This document shows, piece by piece, positions 17,501 through 24,333 of a stretch of 32,036 bases of DNA; the stretch's first letter is position 1, and every line of letters begins with the position of its first letter. A program made the translations under genes and the position numbers. The DNA comes from Eubacteriales bacterium (GTDB lineage Bacteria; Bacillota; Clostridia; Oscillospirales; CAG-382): assembly GCA_045652305.1 (NCBI GenBank), contig JAZRUB010000168.1, positions 1 through 32,036 of the forward strand. The letters are read 5' to 3'. A model generated the notes under the pieces. It searched no databases. It had not been told where the DNA came from and saw only the letters and a program-made list of their open reading frames with translations.

Positions 17501-18591
17501 TTGTTAAGCACACGTTCGCGGAAAAACAAGCAAAATCTTTCTCCGTGAAGTTTATTCAGTTCGTCTATCTTTTTATGGGAGTATTCTATTATTTCGTTGT
17601 CATTAAGTTGGTAAGGCGAATCGGAATCGGGCAAATCGGCAAGCAAACAAAAATATACGTTATCGTCAGGGTTCATGTATCTAAAACGCGAGAGCGATTC
17701 GAATACCTTGTCATCGCTTTTTCCGCCCGTCATAAGTGATGCAACGGTGACAAGCGTTTTTGCGTTGTCGGGTATTTTGTCTAACGTCAATCTCGGTGCA
17801 CGGTAAGCAGGAATACTCATGGATATAATCTGGTCTGCTATCGCGCTTGACGCAATCCCAAACGGGATAAAAAGCAAAAATGTTAAAAATCCTATAAAAC
17901 AAAATGAAACAACAGACAATAAGACAAAAACCGTCAAGACAGCAGTAAACCAAGCGATTGCATGACTTTCTTTAGGTGAAAACAACATGGTCCCCAACGG
18001 TATTTTCTTCGTTAAAGATTCTTTAATAAGTCGAGTTACCGCTTCGGTTTCGGAAATACTGTGTAGCTTTGCATAATCGGCAACGGCTTTGCGGTATTGC
18101 CATTTTGTATCCGAATCGTAGGTGTTATATAGCTTTTCATATTGTTCGAGCGATTCTTCGGGCTTCCATACCGACGGCAGAACGTCGTCATATTGTGGGT
18201 CGGTAAGAGAATGAAGTAGCTTTATGGAGTTTGGAAGCAAATCCATTTGCTTGTTTTCTGAAAGGATGTCGCCTATTTTTATTATAGAACAAACCGACAT
18301 CAAGGTTCTTACAGAACATAGCTCGCGGTAAGAAAAATCCTTTTTCTGTACCTTTAAATATTTAGTAAGCGTATCGGGCGTCGGGGTGTAATCTCGGTTT
18401 TCGCAATAACGGTTGAGTATACCGAACATATCACCGCATTTTAATGCATTTTTGTCAGCTAACGCCTTTCGGTAGTGCTTGTCTATAACGTAAAAATTAT
18501 CGCACAACCAAGCCGAAACGTCGCGTTCGGTTAATTTCTTTTTTATAATTGCATAAGACTTTTTCAGTTTACCTTTTAGATTTGTTTGCAT
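11527..18591 (-). CDS. cyclic beta-1,2-glucan synthase-like protein (Cgs/NdvB/ChvB-type: GT84-like, central (alpha/alpha)6 glucanase-like and GH94 phosphorylase-like modules)
   Basis: 2354 aa. TM helices lie at about residues 205-255 and 575-750. The GT module carries LTLDSDTNL (nt 17353-17367), LSHDVIEGS and HHRWLRGDFQN (nt 16909-16932). The central module carries RTSPTNIGFYL, NWYD and SWSGTAFEYLMPQ (about nt 15100-16270). The C-terminal GH94-like module carries GFRDQLQD (about 12838-12858), CDWND (12439-12453) and GGQYTHGA. RBS AGGAG lies 5 nt upstream of ATG 18591. Confidence 0.85.
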   Translation of the reverse strand: MQTNLKGKLKKSYAIIKKKLTERDVSAWLCDNFYVIDKHYRKALADKNALKCGDMFGILNRYCENRDYTPTPDTLTKYLKVQKKDFSYRELCSVRTLMSVCSIIKIGDILSENKQMDLLPNSIKLLHSLTDPQYDDVLPSVWKPEESLEQYEKLYNTYDSDTKWQYRKAVADYAKLHSISETEAVTRLIKESLTKKIPLGTMLFSPKESHAIAWFTAVLTVFVLLSVVSFCFIGFLTFLLFIPFGIASSAIADQIISMSIPAYRAPRLTLDKIPDNAKTLVTVASLMTGGKSDDKVFESLSRFRYMNPDDNVYFCLLADLPDSDSPYQLNDNEIIEYSHKKIDELNKLHGERFCLFFRERVLNKSENKYGGWERKRGAVCELVSHIVHGNKNEYYGGDFIRDIKYILTLDSDTNLSVGSVNELLSVALHPANIPVVKDGRVISGYGIIQPTVRTELKSAYKTGFSRLISGAGGADVYANAAFVRSQTLFGSGSFCGKGLINVALFDSLISDKLPEGLILSHDVIEGSILRTLAASDITLTDSTPGNTVSFFRRHHRWLRGDFQNLYFLFGSLINRFSKARLLMTALRHLSPVFSVFAIIIGCFLSNTSGLALFLLAYSEFLLPCVLTVVRFLFSGSPFACLRFFSKAYSMLTQTFMRVFFEISSSCRRAVLTSHALFLAVYRLFSKKKTLQWTTAAQTEKLSGTLGKYVLDGAVSAIIGFAMLMLARTPFMRFAGLLYFVYPLISLILSRDVGGGEEARPSLSEKQKKTLKAHISDMFDFYRENVGEITNHLPPDNLQLSPITSVAMRTSPTNIGFYLVSLLAARDINLISSNELFEKLDSCLETIEKLDKYNGNLYNWYDISNLAVIGDKYVSSVDSGNFVVMLVALKEGLYDYIGEENRLESIITRIETLIEQTDLKIFYDNRRDLFRIGLRGDNGMVDSGCYDMLMSEARMTAYYSVASSIVPKKHWGSLGRTLTHKGGYIGMMSWSGTAFEYLMPQLFLPLYRDSFMYESIAFALMVQRSAFDIWGVSESGFYSFDSEMHYQYKANGIQSIALRRIASNEKIISPYSAYLSLCIYGNTAMKNLSALEKRGMYGKYGLYEALDMNSDSDGICVKSYMAHHVGMSIIASINAISDNIFVKRFMSDKRMSAANELLQEKIPIDAHVFGDNFGNFEENKRAIIKRSGHTETADIENPNAVLLTRGDLSAIITSSGHIAVNCGDKMLTHTEFDKYSLRFTAGVVFSRGDKSYGCVPLYGGEGYGFERKNDSVSHIVSGKEFSGSVRYSIAKNCNCLCIRTRAEALKQYNVTFAFEPVLETRKKYLSHISFSRLFIESEYDKQKRILYFHRRSSLDGRHVFTFAVAPRNRDMNFSFLTSRENLVASSISSPLDYAFETTDNKAGACIDPLCLVRASNADGGKAEFLLTCAVTKQECERNIRLSRTGKGDYPIPEHEEIFERMLTSLLYGSDAKLVNEFSRCGIGDLWSRGISGDYPLAVVSISEIAVTRTDAILKTFLSLARACIRCELIFLIADNDNYNRPIETSIRERCSNVGINQYIGKNGGVFLIRKGDVSDDFLSALKNKSHFYIDFANDTPRISENKKSRFGEIIVSPQNASQLPVLGDAMKSANGYFIQDGFVVDKSTLPKAPYSFILTGKRFSTVITQSSLGYTFYDNARERRLCSFYGDARSLDDGERLFAIINNKKYDLCAISNKVIYEKGRAVYFGEAEGISYTVTVVVPPKFPVKLIRVQYKKGNLPETRFEINAVMGDSVHKVNGIETKAFTASTNQCLLFKNVFGMTFPEGYGFLGVCDGHTDKSEMATYSNESDVLFFIGACTTESGAKSVAQRINKRFFDTAYKEAYNFADSMIPRIQVSTKSDVHNRMMNFFLPYQISACRFYARGSFYQSGGAYGFRDQLQDSLSIIYSSPETVRRHIFRCCAHQYLEGCVMHWWHTRHYGRVNRGIKSKCSDDMLYLPIVVCDYLEKTGDKEILDVEIHYLSSPPLSNLNERYEQPELSDIKESVYRHCLRALAYAERFGKNGLILMGSCDWNDGFSLVGEKGIGESVFSSLLFIIAAEKFIPICQSRGEFDTAQHYIETVKTLRNNIEEKAFFGDRYARAICDDGKILGIKGCDECEIDILSQAFAAIAKLNPERVKTALSTAFATLYDRKNKIFKLFSPPFTNGDTRVGYIRGYVAGIRENGGQYTHGALWGALGCLISDMTEEGLLILNCANPAARCADKELSRVYKTEPYAVAADIYSEQYAGRGGWSWYTGAASWYYRIMLEYVLGLKFGANQTLLSATPKIEYDADVSWGNADLHIKASYDVTKPTLDGAEISMPLSLPDGSHKLELPINN

Positions 18592-18711
18592 AATAACTCC
18601 TGACGATGAAGGTAAATTTTACTTTATTATCGGCAGTTATGTGTTTTTTATGCCTGTATTGGAATAATAGCGAATGAAAAAGAGAATTAATAAACAAAAA
18701 AGGAAATGCTT

Positions 18712-19416
18712 ATGATAAATGAAAACAATCATTGCTGTTACAATTCGGATTGTTCGGAGGAAAACAGAGAATTAGAGAATGCTCTCCCGCCAAACCAAAG
18801 CGTAACAACGGTAGGAAACGGAATATGTATACATTCCATGGTCATCGCAGGACAAATCGAGGGGCATTTTGCCGCCTCACCTCAAAGTAAATCAACAAAA
18901 TACGAACAATGTATACCTACACTTGTTGCGGTTGAGGAAAACGACGATATCGATGGACTTTTGCTTTTGCTTAACACAATAGGCGGTGATATCGAGGCAG
19001 GTCTTGCCATAGCCGAACTTATTGCGGGTATGACGAAACCGACCGTTTCTATCGTTTTGGGTGGCGGACATTCAATCGGTGTGCCTCTGGCGGTATCGGC
19101 GAAAAAGTCTTTTATCGTACCGAGCGCAACAATGACCCTGCATCCCGTAAGATTAAACGGATTGGTTATAGGTGTGCCTCAGACTTTTGCAAACCTCGCA
19201 AAAATGCAGGAGCGTATTATAGAATTTATCGTACGCAACTCACGTGTAGACGGCGAAACCGTAAGAAAACTCATGACTGCCACCGATGACATGACGACCG
19301 ATATAGGTACGGTTATCGACGGACGTGAAGCTGTCGAGCATGGGATTATAGATTTCGTTGGCGGTTTGGGCGATGCGGTGAGAGAATTAAAAAGAATGAT
19401 AACCGAAAAACGATGA
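18712..19416 (+). CDS. ClpP-fold serine protease paralogue (TepA / SDH-type Clp protease family)
   Basis: LLLLNTIGGDIEAGLAIAELI matches the ClpP INSPGG..AG.AIYD region. GGGHSIG (Ser) and TLHPV (His) occupy the catalytic positions. There is an N-terminal Cys-rich extension. ATG 18712 has AAAGGA 7 nt upstream; ATG 18706 is an alternative start. Confidence 0.75.
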   Translation: MINENNHCCYNSDCSEENRELENALPPNQSVTTVGNGICIHSMVIAGQIEGHFAASPQSKSTKYEQCIPTLVAVEENDDIDGLLLLLNTIGGDIEAGLAIAELIAGMTKPTVSIVLGGGHSIGVPLAVSAKKSFIVPSATMTLHPVRLNGLVIGVPQTFANLAKMQERIIEFIVRNSRVDGETVRKLMTATDDMTTDIGTVIDGREAVEHGIIDFVGGLGDAVRELKRMITEKR

Positions 19417-19421
19417 ACCTC

Positions 19422-19450
19422 TTTACTTTTTGTTATTCATGTGATATAAT
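19422..19450 (+). promoter_or_regulatory. promoter TTTACT-17-TGaTATAAT for the thioredoxin-like gene
   Basis: TATAAT at 19445-19450 is preceded by TGa. The -35 TTTACT is at 19422-19427. Confidence 0.45.
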
Positions 19451-19483
19451 GTATCCAAGAATTAACAGAGGAGTTATAAAAAC

Positions 19484-19795
19484 ATGGAAGTTTTTGTTAA
19501 TGAACAGAATTTCGAAAAAGAGGTTATAAAATCCGATATTCCCGTTTTGCTTCTTTTTGAGGCGGATTGGAACCCTGCTTGTGATTTGGTCAGACCTACC
19601 ATTGCTGAACTCGAAAAAGAATACGACGGCAAGATTAAGGTTGCAAGACTTGACGTTGACGAATCCCCCGAAATCGCAAGAAAATATTATCTTTACACCT
19701 GCCCGACCGTTATGTATTTCAAAAACGGCGAAAATTTGGCAACAACCGTAGGTTACAGACCTAAGAGCACTTTTGTGAATATCATAAACAAATAA
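19484..19795 (+). CDS. thioredoxin-fold protein with degenerate active site (WNPAC instead of WCGPC)
   Basis: It aligns by eye along its whole length with E. coli TrxA (FEADWNPACDLVRPTIAELEKEYDGKIKVARLDVDESPEIARKY...PTVMYFKNGE). The nucleophilic Cys is replaced by Asn. RBS AGAGGAG is upstream. Confidence 0.8.
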   Translation: MEVFVNEQNFEKEVIKSDIPVLLLFEADWNPACDLVRPTIAELEKEYDGKIKVARLDVDESPEIARKYYLYTCPTVMYFKNGENLATTVGYRPKSTFVNIINK

Positions 19796-19800
19796 AAATA

Positions 19801-19839
19801 AGGCTGTCGCGCTTGAAAACGCGACAGCCTATATTTTTT
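19801..19839. terminator. bidirectional rho-independent terminator
   Basis: AGGCTGTCGCG (19801-19811), loop CTTGAAAA, CGCGACAGCCT (19820-19830). There are T-tracts on both strands (ATATTTTTT on plus, TATTTTTATTT on minus). Confidence 0.8.
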
Positions 19840-19840
19840 G

Positions 19841-21463
19841 TCATTCTATTTCGATTCTGTTTATTTCGTGGTCGGGACCGACTAATCCGATTAACAGTTT
19901 TCGAATTTCGTCTTCTTCGAAAAACCTTGCACGGAGAACGATTGTGTCTCCTACGTAGAGTTTCTTCTCCCCGTCATTGTCAAGGTCTTTTTTTGTTTCG
20001 TCGGCACGTTTTATACTGATTACAACCGACGAAGACGGCCACATTACGTCGCGCACCGCTTTTCCTACAACAAACGAATTATGAGAAACCGTCATTTCAA
20101 AGCAAGCGATAATAGGTGTTTTGCCTTGGTTTTGGGCATGTTCCATTCTTTCAAGCGCATGGTCGTAAAACGGTGTTTGGTTTATCATTTCGGTAATGAA
20201 CGTAACCGTGAAAATAACAAGTGCGACAAATAGCATATTTGAAAATTGTCCCGAAAGCTCCAAGAAAAGCATCGTCGCAGTAAGCGGAGCACGTAAAGTT
20301 CCTCCGATAAAAGCGCACATACCAAGGAATACTACGGCAGGGAAGAGTGCTTCTTCCATACCCAAAGCCAAAAGCAATTTTCCGGAAAGTGCCGAAAATA
20401 CCGCCCCGATGGCAAGAGTGGGTATGAAAATACCGCCTGTAACGCTACTGTCTGTAACAAAAATCATCATTAGCAAACGTATCGCAAACAGCGCGAGGAG
20501 GAAAAATGCCGATTTGTTATTCTCCATAACCTCTGTTATGGTGTGATGCCCGCTGTAAAGCGCATCGTTAAAACAAAACGCCAAAATGCCTGTAGCGATG
20601 AAAACAAGTACAAGTTTAACGGGTGCCGTAAGAAATTTTATTTTGCTTGTGAGATTGCCGAAAAACTCAATCGAAGAATCGAATAGCGCAACCGCGCAAG
20701 CCACCATTATGCCCAAAAGAAGCAAATAACCGACGTGCGAAAGTTCGAATTTTGAAAAATCGCTTAGGTTGAATAGGTTGGCATCTAAGCCGAATAGGGA
20801 ACAAAGCAGTTGATTTACATAGGTTGCCGAAATTACAGACACAGAGACCGTAATTACAAGCATGGGGGTAAAACGCTTGTGTATTTCTTCGAGGGAAAAA
20901 AGTATTCCCGAAAGGGGAGCACCCGTAGCAACCGCGAAGCCTGCACCTGCACCGCCCGTCATGATATAACGGTTCCAAGTGGATTTGTTTTTGGAGAGGT
21001 TTCCGCACATTCTGCCGACAGAAGTACCCATAAGTACGGCGGGCCCTTCGCTTCCCAATGGCAGACCGCAAAAGAAACTTATCATACTTCCGATAAATGT
21101 TCCTGCCCATGTTTTGAACCAACGGAAAGACAGTACACCGCGTAAAACCCCTTCACTTCTCGGGATACCGCCTCCGCGGATTTCGGGTATTTTTTTATGC
21201 AGTAAGTACATCAAAAGTGCAGAGATTATCAATACCGCAAAAGTTAAGGCAATATAAATCGGGTTGCCCGATGAAATATTGTAAAGATACGTTGAAACCG
21301 ATTCTATCTTTTTGGCGGCAAGCTTAAAAAGAAATATCGATGCGCCGACAACAAAACCGCATATTACCCCGTAATAAATACAAGGGAAAACGTTTGAAAT
21401 ATACTCTTTATATTTGTAATGCTTCAAGAAAAAACCTTCAATCCTATATTTTTGATACCACAT
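19841..21463 (-). CDS. ClC-family chloride channel / H+-Cl- antiporter with C-terminal TrkA-C (RCK_C)-like domain
   Basis: LPLGSEGPAVL (GSEGP) and GGIFIPTLAIGA (GxFxP) selectivity-filter motifs in a polytopic membrane core. The soluble C-terminal ~90 aa resemble TrkA-C. There is no clear SD upstream of ATG 21463. Confidence 0.85.
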   Translation of the reverse strand: MWYQKYRIEGFFLKHYKYKEYISNVFPCIYYGVICGFVVGASIFLFKLAAKKIESVSTYLYNISSGNPIYIALTFAVLIISALLMYLLHKKIPEIRGGGIPRSEGVLRGVLSFRWFKTWAGTFIGSMISFFCGLPLGSEGPAVLMGTSVGRMCGNLSKNKSTWNRYIMTGGAGAGFAVATGAPLSGILFSLEEIHKRFTPMLVITVSVSVISATYVNQLLCSLFGLDANLFNLSDFSKFELSHVGYLLLLGIMVACAVALFDSSIEFFGNLTSKIKFLTAPVKLVLVFIATGILAFCFNDALYSGHHTITEVMENNKSAFFLLALFAIRLLMMIFVTDSSVTGGIFIPTLAIGAVFSALSGKLLLALGMEEALFPAVVFLGMCAFIGGTLRAPLTATMLFLELSGQFSNMLFVALVIFTVTFITEMINQTPFYDHALERMEHAQNQGKTPIIACFEMTVSHNSFVVGKAVRDVMWPSSSVVISIKRADETKKDLDNDGEKKLYVGDTIVLRARFFEEDEIRKLLIGLVGPDHEINRIEIE

Positions 21464-21586
21464 TATAAACCAATGATTTGTTTTTGTCGATAATTTTTTT
21501 GAATTTTATCAAAATAAATATAAAAGCGCAAAGATATAGTTTTTGAAACTATCACAAACAATATTTGAAATTATTACATATAGGTA

Positions 21587-21615
21587 TTGAAATTACGTTA
21601 GAGGTGTGATATAAT
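21587..21615 (+). promoter_or_regulatory. near-consensus promoter TTGAAA-17-TGaTATAAT for the acyl-CoA ligase gene
   Basis: TTGAAA at 21587-21592, 17-nt spacer, TGa at 21607-21609, TATAAT at 21610-21615. Confidence 0.6.
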
Positions 21616-21650
21616 CAAGAAAACTAAATTTCCTAATGAAAGGGAAACTA

Positions 21651-23336
21651 ATGAGTATTTACGAAAAATTTTTGGAAAAGAAGCACAAAATAAGACCTGT
21701 TTATGATTTTCGTCAGTTGGTTTATGAAAGTGCTAAGCATTTTTCTAAATTGCCTGCTTTTGTTATGCGTGATAGGACAGTGACTTATTCCGAGCTTGAA
21801 TCGGAGTATAAAGCACTCTGTACCGCGTTCATCAATCGAGGCTATAAGGACAAACGTATCGCGGTCATCGGTGCAAACAGTTACGGCTGGATTTTGTCTT
21901 ATCTTGCATCGGCAAGTGTCGGTGTAACTGTGCCTATAGATAAAGAGCTTTCAATTGAAGATATGCTTGAGTTTGTCAAAGCGGCAGAATGCTCTGCAAT
22001 AATCGCCGATGATTCGATTATATCCAAAATGGATTGCGAGAACGTCGACAAATATTCGATAAATCAAAGCAAGAACGGTATCGAAACTCTGTCGGAACTT
22101 ATAACAGAGGGCGAAAAGCTCTATAAAGACGGCAATAACGAAATCGATACAATGCCGATGGATGCCGAAAGTATGAGCATACTTATCTTCACTTCCGGTA
22201 CCACGGGCAATTCAAAGGGCGTTTGCCTTTCGCAAAAGAACATTTGTGCAAACATTAATTCTACCGCGTGCATGGTTAAGGTGGACCCGACACTTCATTC
22301 TCTTTCGGTGTTGCCGCTTCACCATACGTATGAAACAACGCTTGGACATTTATTGTTGCTGTCGGGTGGCTCGTGCATATCCTATGCCGACGGTTTGCGT
22401 CAGGTTGCGAAAAATATTTCTGAATATCGCCCCAGCGTTCTTATCGTAGTTCCTTTGCTTTTGGAATTTATATTAAAAAGAATAGACGCGTCTATCCGTA
22501 AATCGTTACCTGCCAAGTTGCTTCCGTCCGAGGATACACCGCTTTTGGATATGATAAAAGGTTTTCCTGCGATTATCCGTTTTATCGTCAAACGCAAGGT
22601 GAAAAAATCGCTTGGTGGCAAATTAAGACTTTTGATAGTTGGCGCAGCACCCATAAAACCCGAAGTTATCGAAACCTTCATGTTTTTGGGCATAACCACT
22701 TACCAGGGATACGGTCTTACCGAAACCTCGCCTCTGCTTGCGGGCAATAACGACTTTTACATGAACGTCAATGCGGTTGGACTTCCCATACACGGTGTAG
22801 AAATAAAAATAGAAAATCCTAACGAAGAAGGTGTCGGCGAGGTAATAGCCAAGGGCGACAACGTCATGTTGGGCTATTATAACGACCCCGAAGGAACAGC
22901 GCATACCATGCGTGGCGGATATTTCCATACAGGCGACTTGGGTTATCTTGATGACGATGGATTTTTGTATATCACAGGCAGATGCAAAAACGTTATCGTT
23001 GCACAAAACGGCAAGAATATCTATCCCGAAGAATTGGAAACCCGTCTTACCGAGGAAGAATTTATTTCCGAAGCGATTGTTTTGGGCGTTCCCAATACTA
23101 AAGGCGGAATGTCGGTTAAGGCAAAAATATTCCCGTGTATCGAAAATATAAAAGAGGTATATGGTGAAAAAACACCGTCGGAAGACGATATTCGTAAAGA
23201 AATCTCGGCAGTTGTTTCTAAAATCAACGACAAATTGCCGACCTATAAAAAGATAATAGTAACCGAAATCGTTTGGGAAGCGTTTGAAAAGACCACTACC
23301 AAGAAAATTAAACGATTCGGCAACAACGTTATTTAA
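21651..23336 (+). CDS. AMP-dependent long-chain fatty-acid--CoA ligase (FadD-like)
   Basis: IFTSGTTGNSKGV (AMP-binding P-loop), YGLTETS and GDLGYLDDDGFLYITGR motifs. ATG 21651 is preceded by GAAAGGGA; ATG 21636 is an alternative start. Confidence 0.85.
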   Translation: MSIYEKFLEKKHKIRPVYDFRQLVYESAKHFSKLPAFVMRDRTVTYSELESEYKALCTAFINRGYKDKRIAVIGANSYGWILSYLASASVGVTVPIDKELSIEDMLEFVKAAECSAIIADDSIISKMDCENVDKYSINQSKNGIETLSELITEGEKLYKDGNNEIDTMPMDAESMSILIFTSGTTGNSKGVCLSQKNICANINSTACMVKVDPTLHSLSVLPLHHTYETTLGHLLLLSGGSCISYADGLRQVAKNISEYRPSVLIVVPLLLEFILKRIDASIRKSLPAKLLPSEDTPLLDMIKGFPAIIRFIVKRKVKKSLGGKLRLLIVGAAPIKPEVIETFMFLGITTYQGYGLTETSPLLAGNNDFYMNVNAVGLPIHGVEIKIENPNEEGVGEVIAKGDNVMLGYYNDPEGTAHTMRGGYFHTGDLGYLDDDGFLYITGRCKNVIVAQNGKNIYPEELETRLTEEEFISEAIVLGVPNTKGGMSVKAKIFPCIENIKEVYGEKTPSEDDIRKEISAVVSKINDKLPTYKKIIVTEIVWEAFEKTTTKKIKRFGNNVI

Positions 23337-23352
23337 GTTCTCCTTTTAATAC

Positions 23353-23387
23353 AAAAACGGATTTGGTGTATTCCAAATCCGTTTTTG
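23353..23387. terminator. bidirectional rho-independent terminator
   Basis: AAAAA-CGGATTTGG (23358-23366), loop TGTATT, CCAAATCCG (23373-23381), then TTTTT. It lies between convergent genes. Confidence 0.8.
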
Positions 23388-23394
23388 TGTATTT

Positions 23395-24069
23395 TTAATC
23401 TATTTTCCAATTTATTTCTTCTTTTCCTATCGAGCGTAAAAACTCGTTGCATTTGGAAAAATGCTTGCACCCGAAGAATCCGTTATATGCAGAAAGCGGA
23501 CTTGGGTGAGCCGATTCGAGCACGTAGTGCTGTTTTCCTGTAATGAGCGATTTTTTTGCCCTTGCATATCCGCCCCAAAGTATAAAGCATATCGGTTCTT
23601 TACGTTCGTTGAGCAGGGAAATGGCTCTGTCGGTGAAAATTTCCCATCCCTTGTTTCTATGGCTGCCTGCACTGCCCGAGCGTACCGTCAGTACGCTGTT
23701 TAATAGCATAACACCGTTTTTCGCCCATTGAGTGAGTTCACCGTGATTCGGGGGAGTGATACCGAGGTCACTTTGAAGTTCCTTGAATATATTAACGAGA
23801 GAGGGCGGTTTTTCTATTCCTTTTTTGACCGAGAAACATAGCCCATGTGCCTGACCTGCACCATGATAAGGGTCTTGACCGATGATAACGGCACGTACGT
23901 TTTCATAATCGGTATATTTGAACGCATTGAAAATATCGTTCATATCGGGATAAATCGGCACACCGGATTTAAGATATTCACTTTTCAAAAAAGCGCGAAG
24001 ATTGATATAATAATCCTTTTCGGCTTCGCTTTGCATCAGCGCGTCCCAGGAATTGCCGAACTTAAACAT
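23395..24069 (-). CDS. ung: uracil-DNA glycosylase (family 1)
   Basis: GQDPYHG, GVMLLNSVLTV and HPSPLSA motifs. ATG 24069 is preceded by GGAGGT. The ORF-track start at 24081 is a TTG inside that RBS. Confidence 0.9.
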   Translation of the reverse strand: MFKFGNSWDALMQSEAEKDYYINLRAFLKSEYLKSGVPIYPDMNDIFNAFKYTDYENVRAVIIGQDPYHGAGQAHGLCFSVKKGIEKPPSLVNIFKELQSDLGITPPNHGELTQWAKNGVMLLNSVLTVRSGSAGSHRNKGWEIFTDRAISLLNERKEPICFILWGGYARAKKSLITGKQHYVLESAHPSPLSAYNGFFGCKHFSKCNEFLRSIGKEEINWKID

Positions 24070-24131
24070 GGTTACCTCCAAAAAGGTGATGTTTTATTAT
24101 ATCATAAATGTAAATAAAATCAAGAATTTGA

Positions 24132-24160
24132 TTGACAAATGCGTAAAATGGGTTTATTAT
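24132..24160 (+). promoter_or_regulatory. promoter TTGACA-17-TATTAT upstream of mgtE
   Basis: TTGACA at 24132-24137, 17-nt spacer, TATTAT at 24155-24160. Confidence 0.55.
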
Positions 24161-24166
24161 TAATTG

Positions 24167-24333
24167 AATAATTTTACAAAAGAGGTGAGATTTTAATGGA
24201 TTCCGGACGAAGTAGTGGCATAAAACCTAAAAGTATTTGCGCGGAATCGGTTGAATTCTTGCCTTTTCCGCGTTTTTAGACTTTTTTGTGCCGTACTTCC
24301 TTTTTGATTACAGTAAAGAAAGGATGTGGCTTT
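24167..24333 (+). promoter_or_regulatory. long 5' leader of mgtE with an intrinsic terminator and a competing antiterminator pairing (candidate riboswitch/attenuator)
   Basis: The terminator is CGCGGAA (24240-24246) paired with TTCCGCG (24266-24272), followed by TTTTT (24273-24277). The alternative pairing is GATTCCG (24199-24205) with CGGAATC (24242-24248). Confidence 0.45.

Noticed and set aside
21464-21586. 17-bp palindrome ATAGTTT-TTG-AAACTAT (21536-21552), repeated TTGAA(A/T)T boxes, and the idea of a fluoride riboswitch upstream of the ClC gene
   Set aside because: The intergenic region is very AT-rich, so short palindromes and repeats are expected by chance. There is no regulator gene nearby. 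The ClC protein has Cl-type GSEGP/GxFxP motifs plus a TrkA-C domain, which is not the short ClC-F type, and no crcB-motif-like GC-rich pseudoknot is visible.
24118-24133. Inverted repeat AATCAA-N4-TTGATT overlapping the -35 box of the mgtE promoter
   Set aside because: It consists of only 6-bp AT-rich arms and cannot be distinguished from chance without conservation data.
24167-24333. Canonical M-box (ykoK) riboswitch call for the mgtE leader
   Set aside because: Only ~70 nt precede the terminator, compared with ~160 nt for the M-box aptamer, and most conserved blocks are not visible by eye. It is kept as an unclassified regulatory leader pending a covariance-model search.
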